NCBI RefSeq assembly: GCF_020745735.1
Contig: NC_083419.1
Coordinates: forward strand, 37,036,085-37,100,084
From: Hemiscyllium ocellatum
Lineage: Eukaryota
Direction of reading: 5' to 3'
Length of the DNA: 64,000 bases
The notes beneath the pieces are model-generated. The model was given only the letters and a program-made list of their open reading frames with translations. It did not search any database and was not told the DNA's origin. Both the position numbers and the translations under genes were made by a program. Positions 25,099 to 37,400 of this stretch are shown here, one piece after another; position 1 is the first letter of the stretch; the number at the start of each line of letters is the position of its first letter.

Positions 25099-28000
25099 TG
25101 TCACAACACGGGGTAAACTCTTCTGCAACACAGAAAAGATTTATCCCATGCAGTAATCTGTAAAAGTTCAAGAGGCCAAGGACTATCTAAAGTAAAAATA
25201 AACAACTTTATTTCTTAAAGTATAACAGAGAATAATTAACTAACAACTATTTACAATTCCTTGCTCTAACCTATCTTGTACTTTCCCCTCTATAATACTA
25301 GTCCGAGAAAACTTCCCAATTAAGATTTAAAGAAAAAAAACTTCTTATCTCAAAACCGGGCAGATTTCGTTCTTCTCTGTATTTCAGTCTTCTTTCCTTC
25401 TCCTTGGGGATACTGCTTCACAGGTTACTTATCGATAAAGGTACCCTTTAAGAGAGCTGTTTTTCTGCGCAGTATGCAGATGTTGGTTCGGCAGTTCTCC
25501 TCTCAACTGTTCAATTTTCCCCAGTCTTATACCCCCAAAGCATCAGATTGTGTCATTGGCTTTTAAGATTGTCAATGTACTAAATTCAAACTGAATTGGA
25601 GTTTGGTATTTTGGGAGGTATAATTTAAACTGATGGGCTTAATTTGAATCTGTTTTGTCATTTCCAAGCAACAAACTACATTAGCTACCCCAGTAGCTGG
25701 AGCACATGTTACATTGTATCTTTTTTTCGTAACACTTGGTTCTGACAGGTAATTCTGTTGTTTTTAACATTCTTAAAGGTACAGTATACCCCACGTCTTC
25801 ATAACACCTCCCCCTGAAAAAAAAGTACCATCACAATGAAAAGATGGCTTCATTTTTTATTTCTCTACATTTTTTATTTCTCTACTTTACCCTAACATAC
25901 AGATAACTTGAATATAAGTTCACCTTAACTTCTTTCTATATACCTGTATGTATAACATTAAATGAAGACGAATTTCATCTAAAATCTATCAGTTAAATCT
26001 GCGAAAACACATCTGCGATTATATTCTTCTGACCTGCAACATGTATGAGTTTTAAGTTAAAAGTCTGTAACATAGGACTCCAAGAAATAGTCTCACGTTC
26101 TTGTCTTTAAAGTGTTCTAAGAATGCAAGTAGATTGTGATCCGTCTACACAACCATCTCCAACCATTGTTCATGACATACACATTAAAATGTTATAAAGC
26201 CAGTACCAAACTGAATAGTTCCTTTTCGATTGTGAAGTATTTCCTCTGGTGGATGTTGATCTTCTTCAAAAAGTAACCAACTGGCAGTTCAATCCCATCC
26301 TCATCTTGTAGGAGTACAGCTCCAACTCCTATGTCACTCGCGTTGATGGCGACTTTAAAAGGTTTTGAAAAGTTAGGTATAGCTCAAACTAGTTTAGCGG
26401 TTAATATGGCTTTCAAATGGTCGAATGCCTCCTGGCGTTGTTTTGTCCACCGAAACTTTTGTGTTCTTCTTCAGCAAATCAGTTAACGGTGCCACGACAC
26501 TGCTGAAGTTTGGAAAAAACTTCCAATAGAATCCGCTGAGTCCTAAGAATCAAAGCACCTCTTTCTTCAAAATTGGTTGTGGAAATTCCTCGATGGCCTT
26601 CGTCTTTGCGTTCCGTGGGGTCAACCTTCCATGACCAATGTTATGTCCCAAGAACATCACCTCTGCTTTCGTGAATTCCATTTAAAGTTTATCATCAGCT
26701 TTGCTTCTCATAGTCATTCAAAGAGCTCTGCCAATGGTACCATGTGATCTCTCCAGGACTTACTAAAGATCACTACGTCGTCCAAATAGACTGCACAGTT
26801 TGTTAACCCAGCCAGAACTCTGTTCATGAGTCTTTGGAATGTGGTGGGTGTGTTCTTCATTCCAAAGGGCACCACTTTAAACTGATATAGCCCATTTGGG
26901 GTTACAAACGCAGAAATGTCTTTCGCCATCTCTGATAAAGGTACCTGCCAGTAACCACACATTAAATCCAACTTGGTGACGTAACTGGCTTGTCCGACTT
27001 TCTCAATACAGTCCTCCAATCTAGGAATTGGATATGAGTCTGATTTTGTAACGGTGTCGATCTTCCAATAATCCACACAGAATAGTTGAGTCCCTCCGGT
27101 TTGAGAACTAAGATGGTTGGCGAACTCCACTCGCTCTGGCTTGGTTTGATGATGTCTTGTTAAGCATGGCCTCCACTTCCACCTGGACCTGTCCGGCTTT
27201 GAAAGGATTAAGCCAATAGGGGTGTTGTTTTATTAGAGCAGTACTCCCTACATCTATTTCATGTACAATAGCATTAGTTCTCCCCACCTGAGTCTTACAT
27301 ATGTCCTTATACTGCAGTAACAAATCATTCAACTGTGTTCTATGCTCCTGAGACAGACAGCTTACTAGCCTAATCTCCAGCATCTGCAGTACCCACCTCT
27401 GCCTAGCTTACTAACCTATCCTACTCCTCTGGGGCGTCTTCATTTTTTAATCTATTTTGAGGCACTTCAAAATCCATATCATCCGGATTTGATTCCTCAT
27501 TCTGTGGGACAGTAACTAACACCTGTTTCTCCAGTTCTTTCTCTCTAGCATAATACAGTTTCAACATGACATACTCAATACCTTTTTTTTCCTATCTGGC
27601 ATCTTTACTAAGTAGTTCACCTGACTCAAATTCTTCTTAATTTGATGGGGACCACATAAACCTGGCTTTGAAGGGATCTCGTATCACTGGTAACAGTACT
27701 AACACATCATCCCCCCGGGAAAATGTCAGAGTCTCAGAGCTTTTATCTACCACTTGCTTCATTCTACACTGTGCCCTCTTTAGGTGCAGTTTAGCGAACT
27801 GATCTACTCAATTTAGTCTCTCTCTCACCACTGATACATAATCTAAGTGTGAGATCTCTGACTTTGGTTCTGTCAATTTTTCTGAAATTAATTTCAAAGG
27901 GCCTCTCACTTCATGACCGAATATTAACTCAAAGGGAATGAACTGAGTAGATTTGTTTGGGGCATCTCTAATGGCAAACAATACAAATGGGCTACCTTGA

Positions 28001-28885
28001 TCCCAATCTTTTTGGTAGTCCTGACAGTATGCTCTCAACATGGTCTTCAAGGTCTGATGCCACCTTTCTAAAGCTATCTAGGATTCAGGATGATACACAC
28101 TGGGAGCTTTAGAAAGTGCTGTATAACTAAGTTATCCATAACCTCCCTAAACAGCCGAGCAATAAAATTTGACCCTTGGTCCGACTGAATCTCTCTGGGT
28201 AGCCCGCACCATGTGAAGAAAGCTACTAACTCCTCTACCACCGTTTTTGCTTTGATATTCCGTAATGGAATTGTCTCCTGAAATCCAGTGGACACATCCA
28301 TTATGTTTAACAAATACTGGTTCTCACTTTTAGTTCTTGGGAGGGGACCTACACAATCGATTATAATCCACATGAAAGGTCCTTCAAATGAGGGAATTGG
28401 CAACAAAGGTGCTGGTTTTATTACCACCTGTGACTTACCTACCATTTGGCATGTACAACATGTATGGCAAAAGGTAACCACATTATTATGTATTCCAAGC
28501 CAATTAAAATGTTTTTGTACCTTAGCCTGAGTCTTTCGTACCCCTAGGTGACCTCCTACAGGTAGTTCATGTGCTAACCACCTCTAGTCTGTATGCTACC
28601 AGCAACACAATCTGGTGCAGTTCGGCCCAGTTCTCCTCTGCACTAACCTGCCATGGTCTCCATTTCCACTTTAGGATTCAATCTTTCAGATAATAACCTT
28701 TTTATCTTTCAGATAATAAAGAGTATGTTCTGCCTCCTTTTCAGAGTACGCATCCGCATATATATATATCTTTTATCATCTTATATTGCTGTTGCAAGTC
28801 CCTTAGTCTTTCAGGACCAAACACTTCTGCCTGACCCTCTGCCTGCTACTGATGAACAAACTTTGGCTAAGAGGTTGTCAAATGT
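25099..28885 (-). mobile_element. Ty3/Gypsy LTR retrotransposon, Gmr1-like (INT-RT-RNaseH order), 5'-truncated; 3' LTR at 25099-25806
   Basis: LTR TGTTAT...GTGACA preceded by PPT AGGGGGAGG (25807-25815); RT 26714-27130 (YPIPRLED, KLDL.CGYWQV, PFGMKN, YLDD); RNase H about 26000-26400; integrase 27808-28600 (CHTCCTCQ, DCVGPLP, SDQGSNF). Confidence 0.9.
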
Positions 28886-28889
28886 TATG

Positions 28890-29810
28890 TAACCAAATGT
28901 TCAAAGTTCAGTAATGATGAGGAATCTAGTCTTGAACAACTATATAATGCAGACTGGATGGGTGTTTTCTGGAGGTGTTTGATATAGTATGGACTTGCAG
29001 TGGAGAAGATGGTGCACAGTTGCAAAAAATTTAAAGGAAGCATAATCTCTTGGTTGTTGGTAGAAGTCTTAAGCCTAATGCTGGTAAAGGGATGAAAATT
29101 ATGCCTGTGCTTTACAACTCCCCCAGACATGCATGAATCACTCAAATGGTCATGAGTAACTGGTTCCATAATCGTTTTGTCTCCAAGGATTTTGCATACT
29201 ATCAAAAGGGTGGGTTGGTTGTTGACTGCAAGCCTGTACTTCCTTTTTGTCAATTCTTCAGCTCACCTTCTTGTAAAACAGTTACATGCTGACATGGTCT
29301 TCTCTATGTATCTACCTTAAGGTGCATATTTTTAATTCAGCCAATGGACAGGGTACTAACAAAACAATGAAAAGTCAATATAGGAACAACTTTGGCATCA
29401 AAGATGCTATTTGATGTTTTGTAAATGCATAGAACTCCCTCAGTCAGAGAACTATGCATTGTGTAAGTTGTGATCTTCTCTTGTGTTATGTCATGTAGAC
29501 ATTGATTAGATGAGGAAGACATTGTGACATGCCTGAATTGTTATGATGATGCTTCAGTTTTCTAACATGTAGCTTATTCAGAGATAACTGATGTGGTTTA
29601 ACAGATCAATTTTGTGGATAGTGACAAAGTTAAGATGGTGATAATTTTCCTGAGGAGCAGATTACCACAGAGATGGGGATAAATCTTCCCTTTTGTTTCA
29701 ATTGTTTTCTAGACAAACAGCATTTTGTAAGGCACAATATATGTTCACAGGATTCAAAATAAATTAACAAAGGAACAGCCAAAACACAAGAAACATATTA
29801 CATTGCAATA
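28890..29810 (+). pseudogene. Tigger/pogo (Jerky/TIGD-like) DDD transposase fossil, C-terminal part
   Basis: Broken frames read EQLYNADWMGVFWRCL, KHNLLVVGRSLKP..KGMKIMPVLY..PRHA*IT...SNWFHNRFV, LFVNSSAH, YLP...IQPMD, FGIKDAI; collinear with Tigger motifs YNADETGLFW, LLDNCSAH, LPPN.T..IQPMDQG. Confidence 0.8.
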
Positions 29811-30632
29811 TAGGTTTGGCAAAGTTGGAAAGTTCAATATGCATGCCCCTTCAGCATTAATGAGCCCAACTGTATCAAACACATACAAAATGAAATACAG
29901 AATCTAGAATTTGATGCGCTTGGTTGGTGTTGATATCAACCATTTTTTTCTATGTCTCTTCCAACTATTGGTGAAATGAACCAGTGCATGACATAATCAT
30001 CATTTTAGTATAGTATTTTAGAAGCAGAAACATGGAATATGCAATAATTGTACAATAAAACCTATGTTATTGCTGCTTTATAATGTGTAACTGTTATTTT
30101 AGATTAATTTTAATTATTTAAAACAGATCAACAGTGTTTTCCACTTTACGCATTTGTGATTAGACATTGCAACATCATTGTATAATCCAAAAATTCCAAA
30201 ATAAAGAAATGACTTTAGTTCAAAATTCTTTGGACAAAGAGGTTAGTGAATTTTTCCCAGTGCTCATTTGAGGGTAATCCTCAGCCAATGCTACATGAAC
30301 AGATTATTTGATCTGATTGTCTTAAATTTGGTGTTAGTGTAGTGTTGAATGTGATTTGTAATTGGGCAGCACTTGCTAAACAAGCACACTTACTAGTGTC
30401 TAATAACCACACTAACAAACAAGACCTTATTTACATCAAAGTTTAAAAGTTTCACTTTTTAAAAAACACATGCCTTTGAAAAGTCTATTAACAAATTGGA
30501 TAACCTCACACATTATACTTTAGCTGCCATTTGTTGTGCACACATTTAGCCTGTTTATAGACTTTTATAGTCATGTTGTATCCTACTCAGTTTACATTGC
30601 TATAATACTATGGATCGTCAGCTAACTTTAAT

Positions 30633-31022
30633 GAAGTCAACGATCACATGACACCAGGTTATAGTCGAAAGGATTTATTTCAAATCACTAGCTTTCAGAG
30701 TGTTGCTCCTTTGTCAGCTGAAGTGGAGGGAGGCATACAGAATATATAGGCAGAGAGATAATGGCAAGATAATTCCAGGTGGTTAAGAATATCTACAGTC
30801 TCCTCACACTATTTGGACTTATCTGTTAATATTAGTAGCTACCCGGAATTATCATGCATTATCTCTCCACCTATGTATTCTGTGCCTGTGAGCCTCCCTC
30901 CACTTCACCTGATGAAGGAGCACTGCTCTGAAAGCTTGTTAATAAATTTGTTAAGACTATAACCTGATGTTGTGTGATTTGACTTGTACACCATAGTCTA
31001 ACACTAGCATGTCTACATCATG
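30633..31022. mobile_element. Family B Penelope-type fold-back element with a hammerhead motif at 30906-30940 (+)
   Basis: Inverted arms about 30640-30780 and 30843-30982; cac-CTGATGA-a-GGAGC act GCTCT-GAAA-GCTT-gt; flanking GCTAACTT duplication (30621, 31023). Confidence 0.8.
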
Positions 31023-31437
31023 GCTAACTTCAGTCATTAATATAGATTTTAAATAACTGAGACACTCAGTATTGATCTTTGCAGCCATTTATTGCAATCT
31101 GCCAACATGAAAATGTTCCATTTATTCCTACCCTTTGCTTTCTTTGTATATTAATGTCCAAAACAAATTCTTGATTGTTGATGCCCCCCAAAAAAATCTG
31201 TGAAACTTCAACTGCCCAAGAAATGGTGTTGCATATTATATTATACTTTATATGGCAGATCTGATCATCTCTTATATTTCCTGCAATTTGACTATGTATA
31301 TCAATTACTAACTACAGGGAAAATTGTAAATCAGTGTCTGCTTTGATTGTTGCTGCTGCAGACTCTAAGAGACTTTCAAAACTTATGACTACTTAAACTT
31401 TGTAGTGGTTCTGTTCGCCAAGCTGGAAGTTTTTGTT

Positions 31438-31477
31438 GCAAACGTTTCGTCCCCTGGCTAGGAGACATCATCAGTGC
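31438..31477 (-). ncRNA. Minimal type I hammerhead ribozyme motif (family C, sense to the GIY-YIG ORF)
   Basis: gca-CTGATGA-t-GTCTCCT agcc AGGGGAC-GAAA-C-GTT-tgc: 7-bp stem II, stem I gca/tgc, palindromic ACGT stem III. Confidence 0.8.
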
Positions 31478-32083
31478 TGTGGAGCCTCCTGCGAAGCGCT
31501 TCTTTGATGTTTCTTCCGGCATTTATAGTGGTTTGTCCTTGCCGCTTCCGGGTGTCAGTTTCAGCTGTTCGCTGTAGTGATTGGTATATTGGGTCCAGGT
31601 CGATATGTCTGTTGATGGAATTTGTGGATGAATGCCATGCCTCTAGGAATTCCCTGGCTGTTCTCTGTCTGGCTTGCCCTATGATAGTAGTGTTTTCCCA
31701 GTCGAATTCATGTTGTTTGTTGTCTGAGTGTGTGGCTACTAGGGATAGCTGGTTGTGTCGTTTCGTGGCTAGTTGGTGTTCATGTATGCGGATTGTTAGC
31801 TGTCTTCCTGTTTGTCCTATATAGTGTTTTGTGCAGTCCTTGCATGGTATTTTATAAACTACATTAGTTTTGCTCATGTTGGGTATTGGCTCCTTTGTTC
31901 TGGTAAGTTGTTGTCGGAGCGTGGCTGTTGGTTTGTGTGCCGTTATGAGTCCTAGGGGTCACAGTAGTCTGGCTGTCAGTTCTGAAACGCTCCTGATGTA
32001 TGGTAGTGTGGCTAGTCCTTTTGGACAGACCACTATAAATGCCGGAAGAAACATCAAAGAAGCGCTTCGCAGGAGGCTCCACA

Positions 32084-32123
32084 GCACTGATGATGTCTCC
32101 TAGCCAAGGGACGAAACGTTTGC
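32084..32123 (+). ncRNA. Minimal type I hammerhead ribozyme motif (family C, inverted pLTR copy)
   Basis: gca-CTGATGA-t-GTCTCCT agcc AAGGGAC-GAAA-C-GTT-tgc; one stem II mismatch relative to the other copy. Confidence 0.78.
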
Positions 32124-34409
32124 AACAAAAACTTCCAGCTCGGCGAACAGAACCACTACAACAAGCACCCGAGCTACAAATCTTCGCACAAACTTTGAAC
32201 TTAAACTTTACCATTCAACTATAACATTTTCACAGAATTGACATGTGAGGTTATTTGCTCTCCATAAAGTGCATACTATGATGAATATTGATGACTAGTC
32301 ACACATCTGAATGTCTGTAAACTCTCTTCTTTCTTTTTACAGTTATTGATTTATCTAATGTGTAACCAGCATCTCCTGTTTTATTTTAATCTCAGAAGGC
32401 TTCGGGTTTGACTTCTGGTCCAGCCTGAATAAGTTCATTTCAAACTGGATGCTCATGCAACATTTGACAAAAGTGAATCTGGTTCAACAATGCGAATAAA
32501 ACAGAGCTGCTATACAACAAACAGATGAAGTACTTAAAGTCATCCTTGGAATCTTAAACCCATAAGAAAGTCAATATGTGAATTGTAGCAAGGACAGATG
32601 GAGAAAACATTACCGTATTAAAATAACACTGGTGATATATCCTGTTATATCAGGTGAAATAAATCATTTTTCAAAAATCCACCAAAAAAAAACATTTTTT
32701 GAATGAACAATCAAACCAAAAAGGCACATACCTTTAATAAATATGAGTTCTCTGTCCAAGGTTAGGTCCTTAGCTCATGCTTCAGACTGATGCTTCATAC
32801 TTAGCTGTTTTCTTGGCAGTTTTTGTCAGTACTGGTTTAGTATTGCCTTCTACACTCAATGGCAGGGTGGGGAGATGGGTCCCAATAGTACTTCAGCTGG
32901 AATGGGAATTTAATCCATTTTGTTAGTGTCATTCTGAACTGTACACTAGCCATCCAAGCTAATCAACCATTAATAACAGACAGTGTTTCTCTACAGCCTT
33001 GCAATATCACATTGTAACCACAAAAGAATGTAAAGCAATATTATCTGTCATTTAAATGAAGTTAGTTGGTATTTATTACAGGTTTAAAGTACAGTGTTTA
33101 TTTTTAGGCAAGGCAACAGTATCAAATACAGAACAACGTACAACAATAAGTTGAAAAAAAAAGTCTTGAAACAGTCTACAGAAAGAATTCTATCAAGTGC
33201 AGCAGACCAATATATACACACATATAAAATTATATACTTACAACAGTGTAATCTTAATTGGTACATAGTTAGGATGGAACCACAGAAATACTTGACATGT
33301 TTGTATTTGTGCATGAATTAAAAAGAAACAAAAAGGTGACAAAATAAATTGTCAAAAAAAATTAATAATTTTGCATCAGTAACATTTCATTTTGACAGCT
33401 TCAAAGTTATTGCTGTGAGAATTTGAATGTTTATTCAGGTTTTGATTCAGAAAAGAAACAATGTTCTGTAATGAAAAACTGCCTTTTGTGACACCTACAT
33501 TTGAGAAACCTGTTTTTATCAAAGGTCCCCTGACAACATCAATGCCTGAGACAGATTACATTCCATTTTTATTATCTGTATTATAATTGTCTAGATGACT
33601 ATACTCAGGAAAGTCCTCAAGGAGAAATTTAAATATTTTTCCACTGATATCTTAAAGTTCAGAAGTGTAACTTAGTTTTAACATTTATGTCACATCTGGA
33701 AACAGGAAATCAGAGACACTGACCTTAAAATTATTAAAGTAGACGTGAAGAATATAACATAATAAGGGGAAATAAAATGCAAGGAATACTTTTTAATAAA
33801 GATTCTGAACAGCAATTTAAATATCAGGTTCTACTGTTTCTATCTCTTGCCAAGTACAAACTAATGAAATGTTTCAATTCACATATTTTTCAAGGGTTTC
33901 CTGTGGACAGATGATGTAGAAAAACATTCCAATTTTTGATCTTGCACCTTCAAGTTGTATCTTTGTAGCACCTGAGGGCATTAGAATGCAGAAAAACTAA
34001 CTGGTAAAACTAGTTGGCACCGAAAGCAGTACAGATGGAAGCAGAATATTACCAAGAAATTTTAATACATTAACTGAATGACTAAAACTGAGGCAAATGG
34101 ATTTCAATGGAGGCAAGTCCTGGAAATAATCAAAAAGACAAATGGAATTACAACTTTTATACTCTTAAGGACTAGAATAGAAGTGAATAAAAGTCATGCT
34201 TCAGCAATGCAAAATCCTGATTAGCTGATCCAGAACATTGTAAGGAGAATATTCTAGCACACCTTGGGAATAGCATATTGGTACTGAAAAGAGTGCACCA
34301 CAGATTTACGAGAATGATACATGAAGTAGATAAATTCTTAACAAGCAATGGAATGAAAGGTTAGCAAGTGCATGTGAGCATGTGGAGTTATCGGATGAGC
34401 TATGAACCT

Positions 34410-37400
34410 TTTTTTAATAAATATTTTTATTAGAAAACGTTTTAAAATCTTTTTAAAAACATCTATGTATATAAAATGTCAATCAAAATACAGAAAGATA
34501 GAGGCAGTACAACAATGTCATATCATGATACTATTAATAATGAACTACGTACTATTCTACCAGAACAGACTTATCTACTAAAACTAATACGAACAAATTA
34601 AATTAAACAGAGTTCAGTTAAATTAAATTAAATTATATCTCACTACTTTATTCTATTTCACTCATCACACCTCCACTGAAGCTCCTATCCCCGGGAGCAC
34701 CAGTCATTATACCTATATTCCTTTCCCCCAGCCTCCCCCTCCCAGGGCCCCACAAGCACCCATACTAATTCCCATGGTTATACCACAGCTCTAATTAATA
34801 TTGCTGATAAGTCTGTGTCAATATAAAGTAAAAAGGGTCACATCTTGTAAAACTGCTCCATTTTGTGGTGCACCATATTTGTGAGGTAGTTTGGGGAGAT
34901 GCTCGATCACCAGCCACCACATAAGACCTGGAGGTTTTTCCAACTCATTAAAATGTTCTTCATTGCACAGTAGGTAAGAATGTTACACAATCTCTTCCAT
35001 TGATCCCCCAGAGAGAGTATATTTGGCAACTCCAGAAGAAAAAATACCAAATCCACTTTAACTTCGATCTCCAGGATGTCCTTCAACTCCCTTATTATAG
35101 AATACCTGTATCTCTGAATCTTACAACATGACCAGCAGCAGTCTGTAAGAGTGCCTAGACTAATTTTACATTTGTGACACCCTGATGATGTTCCTCTCTT
35201 GAGCTTAGCTAGCCTCTCTGGTGCCATATGAGCCCTGTGTAAAATCTTCAATTGCATGGCCTGCGCTCAGTTACATACTGAAAGTTTCCTCACATTTTCC
35301 CATATATCTTCCCATATCCCCAATGAGACATCCCCTCCTGGTCTTGATTCCACATTCTACAGAGTCCCTCCTCGCCCCCTAAGGCACGTCCTTTCTGTAA
35401 ATGATACAAAGTACTAACTGGAAGAGCATCTGTATACCGAAGCATTCTTTTCTCCACTTCCGACTTGTAAAACTGATCCAGAAGCATGGTCTTATCTGAA
35501 AGTACCAGAAATGGTCCTTTAGACAATCCATATTTCCAACTAAGCTGGCTAAATGACATCAAGACCTCCCCCTCGAATAAATCTCCCACACAGGAGGTTC
35601 CCTTATTCTCCCATAACTTAAAGCTGGAGTCCATATCCCCAGGTTTAAATCCTTGGGCTCCCACCAACAGGGTAAACAGCAAGACCTTCTATATTAGATT
35701 CCCTACAGTATGGAAACAGACCCTTCAGCCCAACAAGTCAACATCGACCCTCCGAAGAGTAACTAACCCAGACCCATTCCCCTATCCTATATTTACCCCT
35801 GACTAACACACCTAACACTATGGGCAATTTAGCATGGCTAATTCACCTGACCTGCATATTTTTGGATTGTAGGAAGAAACCGGAGCACCTGGAGGAAACC
35901 CACAAGAGGGGAGAATGTGCAAACACCACACAGTCGTCCAAGGTGGGAATCAAACCCGGGTCCCTGGTGCTGTGAGGCAGCAGTGCTAACCACTGAGCCA
36001 CCGTGCTAATTGCCCTCGTCGTGCCTCATTACCCTCCAGGCCTCCACCACATTTTAAATGATTGATCTCTTACACTGGAATAGGAAGTAAAGTCTCTTCC
36101 ATTAGGGCGGAGGTGCCTCCACACATCCACTAATCCCAACTCTTCACTCAAGTCCATCAACTGCTTAGATTGCGTGAGCATACCTGCTGAGCCTTGGCAC
36201 TCTATCAACCTCGGGATCTAATAGGCAATTAAAATCCCCTCTGATGATCGTGCGGCGCACCCCAAGACTCACTAATTTAGAAACAGCATCACTTAGAAAT
36301 TTAAGAGGGTGCACCAAGGGACGATACTCATTCAGGATGCCATACTCTTCTCCAAGTATTAAAGCTTTAAGAATGATAAACTGTGCTGGTCATCCTTAAT
36401 TTGCTCAATTACCTGGAAAGGGAGGTTCCTTCTTACTAGTATGCCACTCCTCTACTCTTAGAGCTAAAGGAGGGGAAGAAATTCTTGTCATAACCTCCCC
36501 TTGCTGCAGTTTCAGTTGTTCCTTATCAGTTAAATGCGTCTCTTGCAGCCAGGCGATGTCCACCCTTTCCGTCCTAAGGCTTGACAGCACTTTCTTTCTT
36601 TTAATAGGGGAATGGCTCCCTTTTACATTTCAGGTGCATCACCGGAACAAATCACTAGCCATGGTCGTCCAGGGCAGCCCGTGGTTTCCGAAGAGGAGGA
36701 AGATTATTTGAGATGCGGCGAGCAACAAAGACATTACCTCTATTAAGTCTAAAAATGACTTCTATAAAAACTACAACTAAAAAATGAATCACTACATATA
36801 ACTTGAGCAAACACCCAAATAACCCCCAATTCACTTGAGATCTCCCCCCCTTGGTCATAGAGGGCACTCCTCCCAATCCTTGCAACCATCCCAACTCCCT
36901 CTCCTGAGGCCGTGCCCTAGCCCTAGGCAATTCACAAATGAAGCAAACCTGTAATTTACATTGTGAGTTAACAATGGATGCCCATGTCCCCCCGCACACA
37001 TCTTAACCACAGGTATAGCCACCCCAATCCAAAAATAAAAGGACAGCAGTAAGAAAAAAACCTCAGACAATACCCAACTAACGGATATACAAAATAATTC
37101 TGGTTTCACAGCAAGGCAGTATGTATAAAGCCAATAACCACGAAAAAAGGGGAGAAAGGAGAAATGAAGGGGTAATAAAAAATAAATAAAAACCCGTACC
37201 ATTGTCTGTAACAATGTCCCCTTCCCCCCCCATCCCGACCCAAGTCCTTTAATTCAGAGAATTCACAAAGTCCTTCGCCTTTTCTGCAGAATCAAAATTA
37301 TATACCATCCCTCCATGAACGAAACGCAACACGGCCGGGTACCTCAAGGAATATTGAATGTCATTTTGTCTGAACTTCACTAAACACCCTTCTCTTCTTA

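Larger units (their letters stand above)
31402..32198 (-). mobile_element. Penelope-like element (Poseidon-like), 5'-truncated, with GIY-YIG endonuclease and inverted pLTRs; 11-bp TSD
   Basis: ORF 31458-31877 NVVYKIPCKDCTKHYIGQTGRQLTIRIHEH...REFLEAWH; 31402-31538 inverted at 32023-32160; ACTTAAACTTT at 31391-31401 and 32199-32209. Confidence 0.95.

Noticed and set aside
28885-29253. 122-aa minus-strand novel protein
   Set aside because: Antisense shadow of the Tigger transposase fossil
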